In this document: one piece after another, positions 10,801 to 25,800 of the stretch
Position numbering within the stretch: the first letter of the stretch is position 1
Layout: every line of letters begins with the position of its first letter
Source: the human T2T-CHM13v2.0 reference genome, Homo sapiens
Length of the DNA: 64,000 bases
Strand: one strand, 5' to 3'
Assembly (NCBI RefSeq): GCF_009914755.1
Contig: NC_060947.1
Notes under the pieces: model-generated
What the model was told of the DNA's origin: nothing
The model's input: only the letters and a program-made list of their open reading frames with translations
Databases searched by the model: none
Program-made: the position numbers and the translations under genes

Positions 10801-13800
10801 GCAAGGTTCAACTCTGTGAGTTGAATACAAACATCGCAAAGAATGCTCTGAGTTTGCTTCCGTTCAGTTATGGGAAGTTGATCCCATTCCCAACGAAATC
10901 CTCAGAGAGGTCCAAATATCCCCTTGCAGATTCTACAAAACGTGTGTTTGGAAACTGCTCCATCATAACGAATGTTCAGCTCTCTGAGTTAAACTCCATC
11001 GTCACAAAGAATTTTCTGAGAGTGCTACCGTCTAGTTTTTATATGAAGTTCTTTCCTTTACTACCACAGGCCTCAAAGCGGTCCAAATCTCCACTTGCAG
11101 ATTCTACAAAAAGAGTGTCTGCAAACTGCTCTATCAAAAGGAATGTTCAACTCTGGGAGTTGAATGCAATCATCACAGAGCAGTTTCTGAGAATGCTTCT
11201 ATGTCGTTTTTAGGAGAAGATATTTCCTTTTCCAACACAGTCCTCCAAGCCCGCTAAATATCCACTTGCACATTGTAGAAAAAGTGTGTCGAAGCTGCGC
11301 TATCAAAGGGAAAGTTCAACTCTGTGAGGTGAATGCAAACATCCCAAAGAAGTTTCTGAGAATGCTTCCGTTTAGCTTTTAGGTGAAGATTATCCCGTTT
11401 GCAACGAAATCTTCAAAGAGGTCCAAATATCCCCTTGCGGATCCCACAGAAAGAGTGTTTCGAAACTGCTGTTTCAAAAGGAATCTTCAACTCTGTGAGT
11501 TGAATGCAATCATCACAAAGAAGTTTCTGACAATGCTTCTCTCTCGTCTTTCTGTGAAGATAAAGGAAAAGGCTTTCAGGCCTTTTCCACCACAGGCCTG
11601 AAAGCGCTCCAAATGTCCACTTGCAGATTCTGCCAAAAGAATATTTCAAAACTGCTCTATGAAAAGCAATGTTAAACTCTGTGGCTCGAACACAAACATC
11701 ACAAAGCAGTTTCTGAGAATGCTTCAGTTTAGTTTTTCTGTGGAAATATTCCCGTTTCCAAAGAAATCTTCAAAGAGGTCCACGTATCCACTTACAGATT
11801 CTACAAAAAGACAGTTTCAAAACTGCTCAATCAAAAGGAGGGTTCAACTGTGTGACTTGAATGCAATCATCACTCAGAACTTTCTGAGAATGCTTCTCTT
11901 TAGTTTTTACGTGAACATATACCCGTTTCGAACGAAGGCCACCCAGTGGTCCAAATATCCACTTACAGATTCTACAGAAAGAGTGTTTCGAACCTGAACT
12001 CTCAAAGGCAGGTTCATCTCTGCGAGTTAAATGCATTCGTCATGAAGAACTTTCTCAGCGTGTTTGTGTTTAGTTATGGGAAATTATTCCCGTTCCCAAC
12101 GAAATCCTCAGAGAGGTCCAAATGTCCACCTGCAGATTCTACCAAAAGTGTATTTGGAAACTGCTCCATCAACAGGAATGTTCAGCTCTGTGAGTGAAAC
12201 TCCATCATCACAAAGAATATTCTGAGAATGCTTCCGTTTGCCTTTTATATGAAGTTCCTTCCTATACGACCGTAGGCCTCAAAGCAGTCCAAATCTCCAT
12301 TTGCAGATTCTACAAAAAGAGTGATTCCAATCTGCTCTATCAATAGGATTGTTCAACTCCATGAGTTGAATGCCATCCTCACAAAGTCGTTTCTGAGAAT
12401 GCTTCTATCTAGTTTTTATGTGAAGATATTTCCTTTTCCACCACAGGCCTCAAAGCCCTCCAAACGTCCACTTGCAGATTCTCGAAAAAGAGTGTTTCAT
12501 AGCTGCTCTTTCAAAAGGAAAGTTCAACTCTGGGAGTTGAATACAAACATCACAAAGTAGTTTCCGAGAATGCTTCTGTTTAGTTCTTATGTGAAGATGA
12601 TCCCGTTTCCAGTGAAATCTCCAAAGAGGTCCACATATCCCCTTGCAGATTCCAAAGAAAGAGGGTTTCAAAACTGCTCCATCAAAAGGATTGTTCAACT
12701 CTGTGAGTTGAATGCAGTCATCGCAGAAAACTTTCTGAGAATGCTTCTGTCTAGGTTTGATGTGAAGATATAGACGTTTCAAACGAAGGCTACAAAGTGG
12801 TCAAAATATACACTTGCAGATTCTACTACAAGGGTGTTGCAAACCTGAACTATCAAAGCAAGGTTCAACTCTGTGAGTTGAATACAAACATCGCAAAGAA
12901 TGCTCTGAGTTTGCTTCCGTTCAGTTATGGTAAGTTGATCCCGTTCCCAACGAAATCCTCAGAGAGGTCCAAATATCCCCTTGCAGATTCTACAAAACGT
13001 GTGTTTGGAAACTGCTCCATCATAACGAATGTTCAGCTCTCTGAGTTAAACTCCATCGTCACAAAGAATTTTCTGAGAGTGCTACCGTCTAGTTTTTATA
13101 TGAAGTTCTTTCCTTTACTACCACAGGCCTCAAAGCGGTCCAAATCTCCACTTGCAGATTCTACAAAAAGAGTGTCTGCAAACTGCTCTATCAAAAGGAA
13201 TGTTCAACTCTGGGAGTTGAATGCAATCATCACAGAGCAGTTTCTGAGAATGCTTCTATGTCGTTTTTAGGAGAAGATATTTCCTTTTCCAACACAGTCC
13301 TCCAAGCCCGCTAAATATCCACTTGCACATTGTAGAAAAAGTGTGTCGAAGCTGCGCTATCAAAGGGAAAGTTCAACTCTGTGAGGTGAATGCAAACATC
13401 CCAAAGAAGTTTCTGAGAATGCTTCCGTTTAGCTTTTAGGTGAAGATTATCCCGTTTCCAACGAAATCTTCACAGAGGTCCAAATATCCCCTTGCGGATC
13501 CCACAGAAAGAGTGTTTCGAAACTGCTGTTTCAAAAGGAATCTTCAACTCTGTGAGTTGAATGCAATCATCACAAAGAAGTTTCTGACAATGCTTCTCTC
13601 TCGTCTTTCTGTGAAGATAAAGGAAAAGGCTTTCAGGCCTTTTCCACCACAGGCCTGAAAGCGCTCCAAATGTCCACTTGCAGATTCTGCCAAAAGAATA
13701 TTTCAAAACTGCTCTATGAAAAGCAATGTTAAACTCTGCGGCTCGAACACAAACATCACAAAGCAGTTTCTGAGAATGCTTCAGTTTAGTTTTTCTGTGG

Positions 13801-16800
13801 AAATATTCCCGTTTCCAAAGAAATCTTCAAAGAGGTCCACGTATCCACTTACAGATTCTACAAAAAGACAGTTTCAAAACTGCTCAATCAAAAGGAGGGT
13901 TCAACTGTGTGACTTGAATGCAATCATCACTCAGAAGTTTCTGAGAATGCTTCTCTTTAGTTTTTACGTGAACATATACCCGTTTCGAACGAAGGCCACC
14001 CAGTGGTCCAAATATCCACTTGCAGATTCTACAGAAAGAGTGTTTCGAACCTGAACTCTCAAAGGCAGGTTCATCTCTGCGAGTTAAATGCATTCGTCAT
14101 GAAGAACTTTCTCAGCGTGTTTGTGTTTAGTTATGGGAAATTATTCCCGTCCCAACGAAATCCTCAGAGAGATCCAAATGTCCACCTGCAGATTCTACCA
14201 AAAGTGTATTTGGAAAATGCTCCATCAACAGGCATGTTCAGCTCTGTGAGTGAAACTCCATCATCACAAAGAATATTCTGAGAATGCTTCCGTTTGCCTT
14301 TTATATGAAGTTCCTTCCTATACGACCGTAGGCCTCGAAGCAGTCCAAATCTCCATTTGCAGATTCTACAAAAAGAGTGATTCCAATCTGCTCTATCAAT
14401 AGGATTGTTCAACTCCATGAGTTGAATGCCATCCTCACAAAGTCGTTTCTGAGAATGCTTCTATCTAGTTTTTATGTGAAGATATTTCCTTTTCCACCAC
14501 AGGCCTCAAAGCCCTCCAAACGTCCACTTGCAGATTCTCGAAAAAGAGTGTTTCATAGCTGCTCTTTCAAAAGGAAAGTTCAACTCTGGGAGTTGAATAC
14601 AAACATCACAAAGTAGTTTCCGAGAATGCTTCTGTTTAGTTCTTATGTGAAGATGATCCCGTTTCCAGTGAAATCTTCAAAGAGGTCCACATATCCCCTT
14701 GCAGATTCCAAAGAAAGAGGGTTTCAAAACTGCTCCATCAAAAGGATTGTTCAACTCTGTGAGTTGAATGCAGTCATCGCAGAAAACTTTCTGAGAATGC
14801 TTCTGTCTAGGTTTGATGTGAAGATATAGACGTTTCAAACGAAGGCTACAAAGTGGTCAAAATATACACTTGCAGATTCTACTACAAGGGTGTTGCAAAC
14901 CTGAACTATCAAAGGAAGGTTCAACTCTGTGAGTTGAATACAAACATCGCAAAGAATGCTCTGAGTTTGCTTCCGTTCAGTTATGGGAAGTTGATCCCGT
15001 TCCCAACGAAATCCTCAGAGAGGTCCAAATATCCCCTTGCAGATTCTACAAAACGTGTGTTTGGAAACTGCTCCATCATAACGAATGTTCAGCTCTCTGA
15101 GTTAAACTCCATCGTCACAAAGAATTTTCTGAGAGTGCTACCGTCTAGTTTTTATATGAAGTTCTTTCCTTTACTACCACAGGCCTCAAAGCGGTCCAAA
15201 TCTCCACTTGCAGATTCTACAAAAAGAGTGTCTGCAAACTGCTCTATCAAAAGGAATGTTCAACTCTGGGAGTTGAATGCAATCATCACAGAGCAGTTTC
15301 TGAGAATGCTTCTATGTCGTTTTTAGGAGAAGATATTTCCTTTTCCAACACAGTCCTCCAAGCCCGCTAAATATCCACTTGCACATTGTAGAAAAAGTGT
15401 GTCGAAGCTGCGCTATCAAAGGGAAAGTTCAACTCTGTGAGGTGAATGCAAACATCCCAAAGAAGTTTCTGAGAATGCTTCCGTTTAGCTTTCAGGTGAA
15501 GATTATCCCGTTTCCAACGAAACCTTCAAAGAGGTCCAAATATCCCCTTGCGGATCCCACAGAAAGAGTGTTTCGAAACTGCTGTTTCAAAAGGAATCTT
15601 CAACTCTGTGAGTTGAATGCAATCATCACAAAGAAGTTTCTGACAATGCTTCTCTCTCGTCTTTCTGTGAAGATAAAGGAAAAGGCTTTCAGGCTTTTTC
15701 CACCACAGGCCTGAAAGCGCTCCAAATGTCCACTTGCAGATTCTGCCAAAAGAATATTTCAAAACTGCTCTATGAAAAGCAATGTTAAACTCTGCGGCTC
15801 GAACACAAACATCACAAAGCAGTTTCTGAGAATGCTTCAGTTTAGTTTTTCTGTGGAAATATTCCCGTTTCCAAAGAAATCTTCAAAGAGGTCCACGTAT
15901 CCACTTACAGATTCTACAAAAAGACAGTTTCAAAACTGCTCAATCAAAAGGAGGGTTCAACTGTGTGACTTGAATGCAATCATCACTCAGAAGTTTCTGA
16001 GAATGCTTCTCTTCAGTTTTTACGTGAACATATACCCGTTTCGAACGAAGGCCACCCAGTGGTCCAAATATCCAGTTGCAGATTCTACAGAAAGAGTGTT
16101 TCGAACCTGAACTCTCAAAGGCAGGTTCATCTCTGTGAGTTAAATGCATTCATCATGAAGAACTTTCTCAGCGTGTTTGTGTTTAGTTATGGGAAATTAT
16201 TCCCGTTCCCAACGAAATCCTCAGAGAGGTCCAAATGTCCACCTGCAGATTCTACCAAAAGTGCATTTGGAAACTGCTCCATCAACAGGCATGTTCAGCT
16301 CTGTGAGTGAAACTCCATCATCACAAAGAATATTCTGAGAATGCTTCCGTTGGCCTTTTATATGAAGTTCCTTCCTATACGACCATAGGCCCCAAAGCAG
16401 TCCAAATCTCCATTTGCAGATTCTACAAAAAGAGTGATTCCAATCTGCTCTATCAATAGGATTGTTCAACTCCATGAGTTGAATGCCATCCTCACAAAGT
16501 CGTTTCTGAGAATGCTTCTATCTAGTTTTTATGTGAAGATATTTCCTTTTCCACCACAGGCCTCAAAGCCCTCCAAACGTCCACTTGCAGATCCTCGAAA
16601 AAGAGTGTTTCATAGCTGCTCTTTCAAAAGGAAAGTTCAACTCTGGGAGTTGAATACAAACATCACAAAGTAGTTTCCGAGAATGCTTCTGTTTAGTTCT
16701 TATGTGAAGATGATCCCGTTTCCAGTGAAATCTTCAAAGAGGTCCACATATCCCCTTGCAGATTCCAAAGAAAGAGGGTTTCAAAACTGCTCCATCAAAA

Positions 16801-19800
16801 GGATTGTTCAACTCTGTGATTTGAATGCAGTCATCGCAGAAAACTTTCTGAGAATGCTTCTGTCTAGGTTTGATGTGAAGATATAGACGTTTCAAACGAA
16901 GGCTACAAAGTGGTCAAAATATACACTTGCAGATTGTACTACAAGGGTGTTGCAAACCTGAACTATCAAAGGAAGGTTCAACTCTGTGGGTTGAATACAA
17001 ACATCGCAAAGAATGCTCTGAGTTTGCTTCCGTTCAGTTATGGTAAGTTGATCCCGTTCCCAACGAAATCCTCAGAGAGGTCCAAATATCCCCTTGCAGA
17101 TTCTACAAAACGTGTGTTTGGAAACTGCTCCATCATAACGAATGTTCAGCTCTCTGAGTTAAACTCCATCGTCACAAAGAATTTTCTGAGAGTGCTCCCG
17201 TCTAGTTTTTATATGAAGTTCTTTCCTTTACTACCACAGGCCTCAAAGCGGTCCAAATCTCCACTTGCAGATTCTACAAAAAGAGTGTCTGCAAACTGCT
17301 CTATCAAAAGGAATGTTCAACTCTGGGAGTTGAATGCAATCATCACAGAGCAGTTTCTGAGAATGCTTCTATGTCGTTTTTAGGAGAAGATATTTTCTTT
17401 TCCAACACAGTCCTCCAAACCCGCTAAATATCCACTTGCACATTGTAGAAAAAGTGTGTCGAAGCTGTGCTATCAAAGGGAAAGTTCAACTCTGTGAGGT
17501 GAATGCAAACATCCCAAAGAAGTTTCTGAGAATGCTTCCGTTTAGCTTTTAGGTGAAGATTATCCCGTTTGCAACGAAATCTTCAAAGAGGTCCAAATAT
17601 CCCCTTGCGGATCCCACAGAAAGAGTGTTTCGAAACTGCTGTTTCAAAAGGAATCTTCAACTCTGTGAGTTGAATGCAATCATCACAAAGAAGTTTCTGA
17701 CAATGCTTCTCTCTCGTCTTTCTGTGAAGATAAAGGAAAAGGCTTTCAGGCCTTTTCCACCACAGGCCTGAAAGTGCTCCAAATGTCCACTTGCAGATTC
17801 TGCCAAAAGAATATTTCAAAACTGCTCTATGAAAAGCAATGTTAAACTCTGCGGCTCGAACACAAACATCACAAAGCAGTTTCTGAGAATGCTTCAGTTT
17901 AGTTTTTCTGTGGAAATATTCCCGTTTCCAAAGAAATCTTCAAAGAGGTCCACGTATCCACTTACAGATTCTACAAAAAGACAGTTTCAAAACTGCTCAA
18001 TCAAAAGGAGGGTTCAACTGTGTGACGTGAATGCAATCATCACTCAGAAGTTTCTGAGAATGCTTCTCTTTAGTTTTTACGTGAACATATACCCGTTTCG
18101 AACGAAGGCCACCCAGTGGTCCAAATATCCACTTGCAGATTCTACAGAAAGTGTGTTTCGAACTTGAACTCTCAAAGGCAGGTTCATCTCTGCGAGTTAA
18201 ATGCATTCGTCATGAAGAACTTTCTCAGCGTGTTTGTGTTTAGTTATGGGAAATTATTCCCGTTCCCAACGAAATCCTCAGAGATGTCCAAATGTCCACC
18301 TGCAGATTCTACCAAAAGTGTATTTGGAAACTGCTCCATCAACAGGCATGTTCAGCTCTGTGAGTGAAACTCCATCATCACAAAGAATATTCTGAGAATG
18401 CTTCCGTTTGCCTTTTATATGAAGTTCCTTCCTATACGACCGTAGGCCTCAAAGCAGTCCAAATCTCCATTTGCAGATTCTACAAAAAGAGTGATTCCAA
18501 TCTGCTCTATCAATAGGATTGTTCAACTCCATGAGTTGAATGCCATCCTCACAAAGTCGTTTCTGAGAATGCTTCTATCTAGTTTTTATGTGAAGATATT
18601 TCCTTTTCCACCACAGGCCTCAAAGCCCTCCAAACGTCCACTTGCAGATTCTCGAAAAAGAGTGTTTCATAGCTGCTCTTTCAAAAGGAAAGTTCAACTC
18701 TGGGAGTTGAATACAAACATCACAAAGTAGTTTCCGAGAATGCTTCTGTTTAGTTCTTATGTGAAGATGATCCCGTTTCCAGTGAAATCTCCAAAGAGGT
18801 CCACATATCCCCTTGCAGATTCCAAAGAAAGAGGGTTTCAAAACTGCTCCATCTAAAGGATTGTTCAACTCTGTGAGTTGAATGCAGTCATCGCAGAAAA
18901 CTTTCTGAGAATGCTTCTGTCTAGGTTTGATGTGAAGATATAGACGTTTCAAACGAAGGCTACAAAGTGGTCAAAATATACACTTGCAGATTCTACTACA
19001 AGGGTGTTGCAAACCTGAACTATCAAAGGAAGGTTCAACTCTGTGAGTTGAATACAAACATCGCAAAGAATGCTCTGAGTTTGCTTCCGTTCAGTTATGG
19101 GAAGTTGATCCCGTTCCCAACGAAATCCTCAGAGAGGTCCAAATATCCCCTTGCAGATTTTACAAAACGTGTGTTTGGAAACTGCTCCATCATAACGAAT
19201 GTTCAGCTCTCTGAGTTAAACTCCATCGTCACAAAGAATTTTCTGAGAGTGCTACCGTCTAGTTTTTATATGAAGTTCTTTCCTTTACTACCACAGGCCT
19301 CAAAGCGGTCCAAATCTCCACTTGCAGATTCTACAAAAAGAGTGTCTGCAAACTGCTCTATCAAAAGGAATGTTCAACTCTGAGAGTTGAATGCAATCAT
19401 CACAGAGCAGTTTCTGAGAATGCTTCTATGTCGTTTTTAGGAGAAGATATTTCCTTTTCCAACACAGTCCTCCAAGCCCGCTAAATATCCACTTGCACAT
19501 TGTAGAAAAAGTGTGTCGAAGCTGTGCTATCAAAGGGAAAGTTCAACTCTGTGAGGTGAATGCAAACATCCCAAAGAAGTTTCTGAGAATGCTTCCGTTT
19601 AGCTTTTAGGTGAAGATTATCCCGTTTGCAACGAAATCTTCAAAGAGGTCCAAATATCCCCTTGCGGATCCCACAGAAAGATTGTTTCGAAACTGCTGTT
19701 TCAAAAGGAATCTTCAACTCTGTGAGTTGAATGCAATCATCACAAAGAAGTTTCTGACAATGCTTCTCTCTCGTCTTTCTGTGAAGATAAAGGAAAAGGC

Positions 19801-22800
19801 TTTCAGGCCTTTTCCACCACAGGCCTGAAAGCGCTCCAAATGTCCACTTGCAGATTCTGCCAAAAGAATATTTCAAAACTGCTCTATGAAAAGCAATGTT
19901 AAACTCTGCGGCTCGAACACAAACATCACAAAGCAGTTTCTGAGAATGCTTCAGTTTAGTTTTTCTGTGGAAATATTCCCGTTTCCAAAGAAATCTTCAA
20001 AGAGGTCCACGTATCCACTTACAGATTCTACAAAAAGACAGTTTCAAAACTGCTCAATCAAAAGGAGGGTTCAACTGTGTGACTTGAATGCAATCATCAC
20101 TCAGAAGTTTCTGAGAATGCTTCTCTTTAGTTTTTACGTGAACATATACCCGTTTCGAACGAAGGCCACCCAGTGGTCCAAATATCCACTTGCAGATTCT
20201 ACAGAAAGAGTGTTTCGAACCTGAACTCTCAAAGGCAGGTTCATCTCTGCGAGTTAAATGCATTCGTCATGAAGAACTTTCTCAGCGTGTTTGTGTTTAG
20301 TTATGGGAAATTATTCCCGTTCCCAACGAAATCCTCAGAGAGGTCCAAATGTCCACCTGCAGATTCTACCAAAAGTGTATTTGGAAACTGCTCCATCAAC
20401 AGGCATGTTCAGCTCTGTGAGTGAAACTCCATCATCACAAAGAATATTCTGAGAATGCTTCCGTTTGCCTTTTATATGAAGTTCCTTCCTATACGACCGT
20501 AGGCCTCAAAGCAGTCCAAATCTCCATTTGCAGATTCTACAAAAAGAGTGATTCCAATCTGCTCTATCAATAGGATTGTTCAACTCCATGAGTTGAATGC
20601 CATCCTCACAAAGTCGTTTCTGAGAATGCTTCTATCTAGTTTTTATGTGAAGATATTTCCTTTTCCACCACAGGCCTCAAAGCCCTCCAAACGTCCACTT
20701 GCAGATTCTCGAAAAAGAGTGTTTCATAGCTGCTCTTTCAAAAGGAAAGTTCAACTCTGGGAGTTGAATACAAACATCACAAAGTAGTTTCAGAGAATGC
20801 TTCTGTTTAGTTCTTATGTGAAGATGATCCCGTTTCCAGTGAAATCTCCAAAGAGGTCCACATATCCCCTTGCAGATTCCAAAGAAAGAGGGTTTCAAAA
20901 CTGCTCCATCAAAAGGATTGTTCAACTCTGTGAGTTGAATGCAGTCATCGCAGAAAACTTTCTGAGAATGCTTCTGTCTAGGTTTGATGTGAAGATATAG
21001 ACGTTTCAAACGAAGGCTACAAAGTGGTCAAAATATACACTTGCAGATTCTACTACAAGGGTGTTGCAAACCTGAACTATCAAAGCAAGGTTCAACTCTG
21101 TGAGTTGAATACAAACATCGCAAAGAATGCTCTGAGTTTGCTTCCGTTCAGTTATGGTAAGTTGATCCCGTTCCCAACGAAATCCTCAGAGAGGTCCAAA
21201 TATCCCCTTGCAGATTCTACAAAACGTGTGTTTGGAAACTGCTCCATCATAACGAATGTTCAGCTCTCTGAGTTAAACTCCATCGTCACAAAGAATTTTC
21301 TGAGAGTGCTCCCGTCTAGTTTTTATATGAAGTTCTTTCCTTTACTACCACAGGCCTCAAAGCGGTCCAAATCTCCACTTGCAGATTCTACAAAAAGAGT
21401 GTCTGCAAACTGCTCTATCAAAAGGAATGTTCAACTCTGGGAGTTGAATGCAATCATCACAGAGCAGTTTCTGAGAATGTTTCTATGTCGTTTTTAGGAG
21501 AAGATATTTCCTTTTCCAACACAGTCCTCCAAGCCCGCTAAATATCCACTTGCACATTGTAGAAAAAGTGTGTCGAAGCTGTGCTATCAAAGGGAAAGTT
21601 CAACTCTGTGAGGTGAATGCAAACATCCCAAAGAAGTTTCTGAGAATGCTTCCGTTTAGCTTTTAGGTGAAGATTATCCCGTTTGCAACGAAATCTTCAC
21701 AGAGGTCCAAATATCCCCTTGCGGATCCCACAGAAAGATTGTTTCGAAACTGCTGTTTCAAAAGGAATCTTCAACTCTGTGAGTTGAATGCAATCATCAC
21801 AAAGAAGTTTCTGACAATGCTTCTCTCTCGTCTTTCTGTGAAGATAAAGGAAAAGGCTTTCAGGCCTTTTCCACCACAGGCCTGAAAGCGCTCCAAATGT
21901 CCACTTGCAGATTCTGCCAAAAGAATATTTCAAAACTGCTCTATGAAAAGCAATGTTAAACTCTGCGGCTCGAACACAAACATCACAAAGCAGTTTCTGA
22001 GAATGCTTCAGTTTAGTTTTTCTGTGGAAATATTCCCGTTTCCAAAGAAATCTTCAAAGAGGTCCACGTATCCACTTACAGATTCTACAAAAAGACAGTT
22101 TCAAAACTGCTCAATCAAAAGGAGGGTTCAACTGTGTGACGTGAATGCAATCATCACTCAGAAGTTTCTGAGAATGCTTCTCTTTAGTTTTTACGTGAAC
22201 ATATACCCGTTTCGAACGAAGGCCACCCAGTGGTCCAAATATCCACTTGCAGATTCTACAGAAAGAGTGTTTCGAACCTGAACTCTCAAAGGCAGGTTCA
22301 TCTCTGCGAGTTAAATGCATTCGTCATGAAGAACTTTCTCAGCGTGTTTGTGTTTAGTTATGGGAAATTATTCCCGTTCCCAACGAAATCCTCAGAGAGG
22401 TCCAAATGTCCACCTGCAGATTCTACCAAAAGTGTATTTGGAAACTGCTCCATCAACAGGCATGTTCAGCTCTGTGAGTGAAACTCCATCATCACAAAGA
22501 ATATTCTGAGAATGCTTCCGTTTGCCTTTTATATGAAGTTCCTTCCTATACGACCGTAGGCCTCAAAGCAGTCCAAATCTCCATTTGCAGATTCTACAAA
22601 AAGAGTGATTCCAATCTGCTCTATCAATAGGATTGTTCAACTCCATGAGTTGAATGCCATCCTCACAAAGTCGTTTCTGAGAATGCTTCTATCTAGTTTT
22701 TATGTGAAGATATTTCCTTTTCCACCACAGGCCTCAAAGCCCTCCAAACGTCCACTTGCAGATTCTCGAAAAAGAGTGTTTCATAGCTGCTCTTTCAAAA

Positions 22801-25800
22801 GGAAAGTTCAACTCTGGGAGTTGAATACAAACATCACAAAGTAGTTTCCGAGAATGCTTCTGTTTAGTTCTTATGTGAAGATGATCCCGTTTCCAGTGAA
22901 ATCTTCAAAGAGGTCCACATATCCCCTTGCAGATTCCAAAGAAAGAGGGTTTCAAAACTGCTCCATCAAAAGGATTGTTCAACTCTGTGAGTTGAATGCA
23001 GTCATCGCAGAAAACTTTCTGAGAATGCTTCTGTCTAGGTTTAATGTGAAGACATAGACGTTTCAAACGAAGGCTACAAACTGGTCAAAATATACACTTG
23101 CAGATTGTACTACAAGGGTGTTGCAAACCTGAACTATCAAAGGAAGTTTCAACTCTGTGAGTTGAATACAAACATCGCAAAGAATGCTCTGAGTTTGCTT
23201 CCGTTCAGTTATGGGAAGTTGATCCCGTTCCCAACGAAATCCTCAGAGAGGTCCAAATATCCCCTTGCAGATTCTACAAAACGTGTGTTTGGAAACTGCT
23301 CCATCATAACGAATGTTCAGCTCTCTGAGTTAAACTCCATCGTCACAAAGAATTTTCTGAGAGTGCTACCGTCTAGTTTTTATATGAAGTTCTTTCCTTT
23401 ACTACCACAGGCCTCAAAGCGGTCCAAATCTCCACTTGCAGATTCTACAAAAAGAGTGTCTGCAAACTGCTCTATCAAAAGGAATGTTCAACTCTGGGAG
23501 TTGAATGCAATCATCACAGAGCAGTTTCTGAGAAGGCTTCTATGTCGTTTTTAGGAGAAGATATTTCCTTTTCCAACACAGTCCTCCAAGCCCGCTAAAT
23601 ATCCACTTGCACATTGTAGAAAAAGTGTGTCGAAGCTGCGCTATCAAAGGGAAAGTTCAACTCTGTGAGGTGAATGCAAACATCCCAAAGAAGTTTCTGA
23701 GAATGCTTCCGTTTAGCTTTTAGGTGAAGATTATCCCGTTTCCAACAAAAGCTTCAAAGAGGTCCAAATATCCCCTTGCGGATCCCACAGAAAGAGTGTT
23801 TCGAAACTGCTGTTTCAAAAGAAATCTTCAACTCTGTGAGTTGAATGCAATCATCACAAAGAAGTTTCTGACAATGCTTCTCTCTCGTCTTTCTGTGAAG
23901 ATAAAGGAAAAGGCTTTCAGGCCTTTTCCACCACAGGCCTGAAAGCGCTCCAAATGTCCACTTGCAGATTCTGCCAAAAGAATATTTCAAAACTGCTCTA
24001 TGAAAAGCAATGTTAAACTCTGCGGCTCGAACACAAACATCACAAAGCAGTTTCTGAGAATGCTTCAGTTTAGTTTTTCTGTGGAAATATTCCCGTTTCC
24101 AAAGAAATCTTCAAAGAGGTCCACGTACCCACTTACAGATTCTACAAAAAGACAGTTTCAAAACTGCTCAATCAAAAGGAGGTTTCAACTGTGTGACTTG
24201 AATGCAATCATCACTCAGAAGTTTCTGAGAATGCTTCTCTTTAGTTTTTACGTGAACATATACCCGTTTCGAACGAAGGCCACCCAGTGGTCCAAATATC
24301 CACTTGCAGATTCTACAGAAAGAGTGTTTCGAACCTGAACTCTCAAAGGCAGGTTCATCTCTGCGAGTTAAATGCATTCGTCATGAAGAACTTTCTCAGC
24401 GTGTTTGTGTTTAGTTATGGGAAATTATTCCCGTTCCCAACGAAATCCTCAGAGAGGTCCAAATGTCCACCTGCAGATTCTACCAAAAGTGTATTTGGAA
24501 ACTGCTCCATCAACAGGCATGTTCAGCTCTGTGAGTGAAACTCCATCATCACAAAGAATATTCTGAGAATGCTTCCGTTTGCCTTTTATATGAAGTTCCT
24601 TCCTATACGACCGTAGGCCTCAAAGCAGTCCAAATCTCCATTTGCAGATTCTACAAAAAGAGTGATTCCAATCTGCTCTATCAATAGGATTCTTCAACTC
24701 CATGAGTTGAATGCCATCCTCACAAAGTCGTTTCTGAGAATGCTTCTATCTAGTTTTTATGTGAAGATATTTCCTTTTCCACCACAGGCCTCAAAGCCCT
24801 CCAAACGTCCACTTGCAGATTCTCGAAAAAGAGTGTTTCATAGCTGCTCTTTCAAAAGGAAAGTTCAACTCTGGGAGTTGAATACAAACATCACAAAGTA
24901 GTTTCCGAGAATGCTTCTGTTTAGTTCTTATGTGAAGATGATCCCGTTTCCAGTGAAATCTTCAAAGAGGTCCACATATCCCCTTGCAGATTCCAAAGAA
25001 AGAGGGTTTCAAAACTGCTCCATCAAAAGGATTGTTCAACTCTGTGAGTTGAATGCAGTCATCGCAGAAAACTTTCTGAGAATGCTTCTGTCTAGGTTTA
25101 ATGTGAAGATATAGACGTTTCAAACGAAGGCTACAAAGTGGTCAAAATATACACTTGCAGATTGTACTACAAGGGTGTTGCAAACCTGAACTATCAAAGG
25201 AAGGTTCAACTCTGTGAGTTGAATACAAACATCACAAAGAATGTTCTGAGTTTGCTTCCGTTCAGTTATGGGAATTTGATCCCGTTCCCAACGAAATCCT
25301 CAGAGAGGTCCAAATATCCCCTTGCAGATTCTACAAAACGTGTGTTTGGAAACTGCTCCATCATAACGAATGTTCAGCTCTCTGAGTTAAACTCCATCCT
25401 CACAAAGAATTTTCTGAGAGTGCTACCGTCTAGTCTTTATATGAAGTTCTTTCCTTTACTACCACAGGCCTCAAAGCGGTCCAAATCTCCACTTGCAGAT
25501 ACTACAAAAAGAGTGTCTGCAAACTGCTCTATCAAAAGGAATGCTCAACTCTGGGAGTTGAATGCAATCATCACAGAGCAGTTTCTGAGAATGCTTCTAT
25601 GTCGTTTTAGGAAAAGATATTTCCTTTTCCAACACAGTCCTCCAAGCCCGCTAAATATCCACTTGCACATTGTAGAAAAAGTGTGTCGAAGCTGCGCTAT
25701 CAAAAGGAAAGTTCAACTCTGTGAGGTGAATGCAAACATCCCAAAGAAGTTTCTGAGAATGCTTCCGTTTAGCTTTTAGGTGAAGATTATCCCGTTTGCA

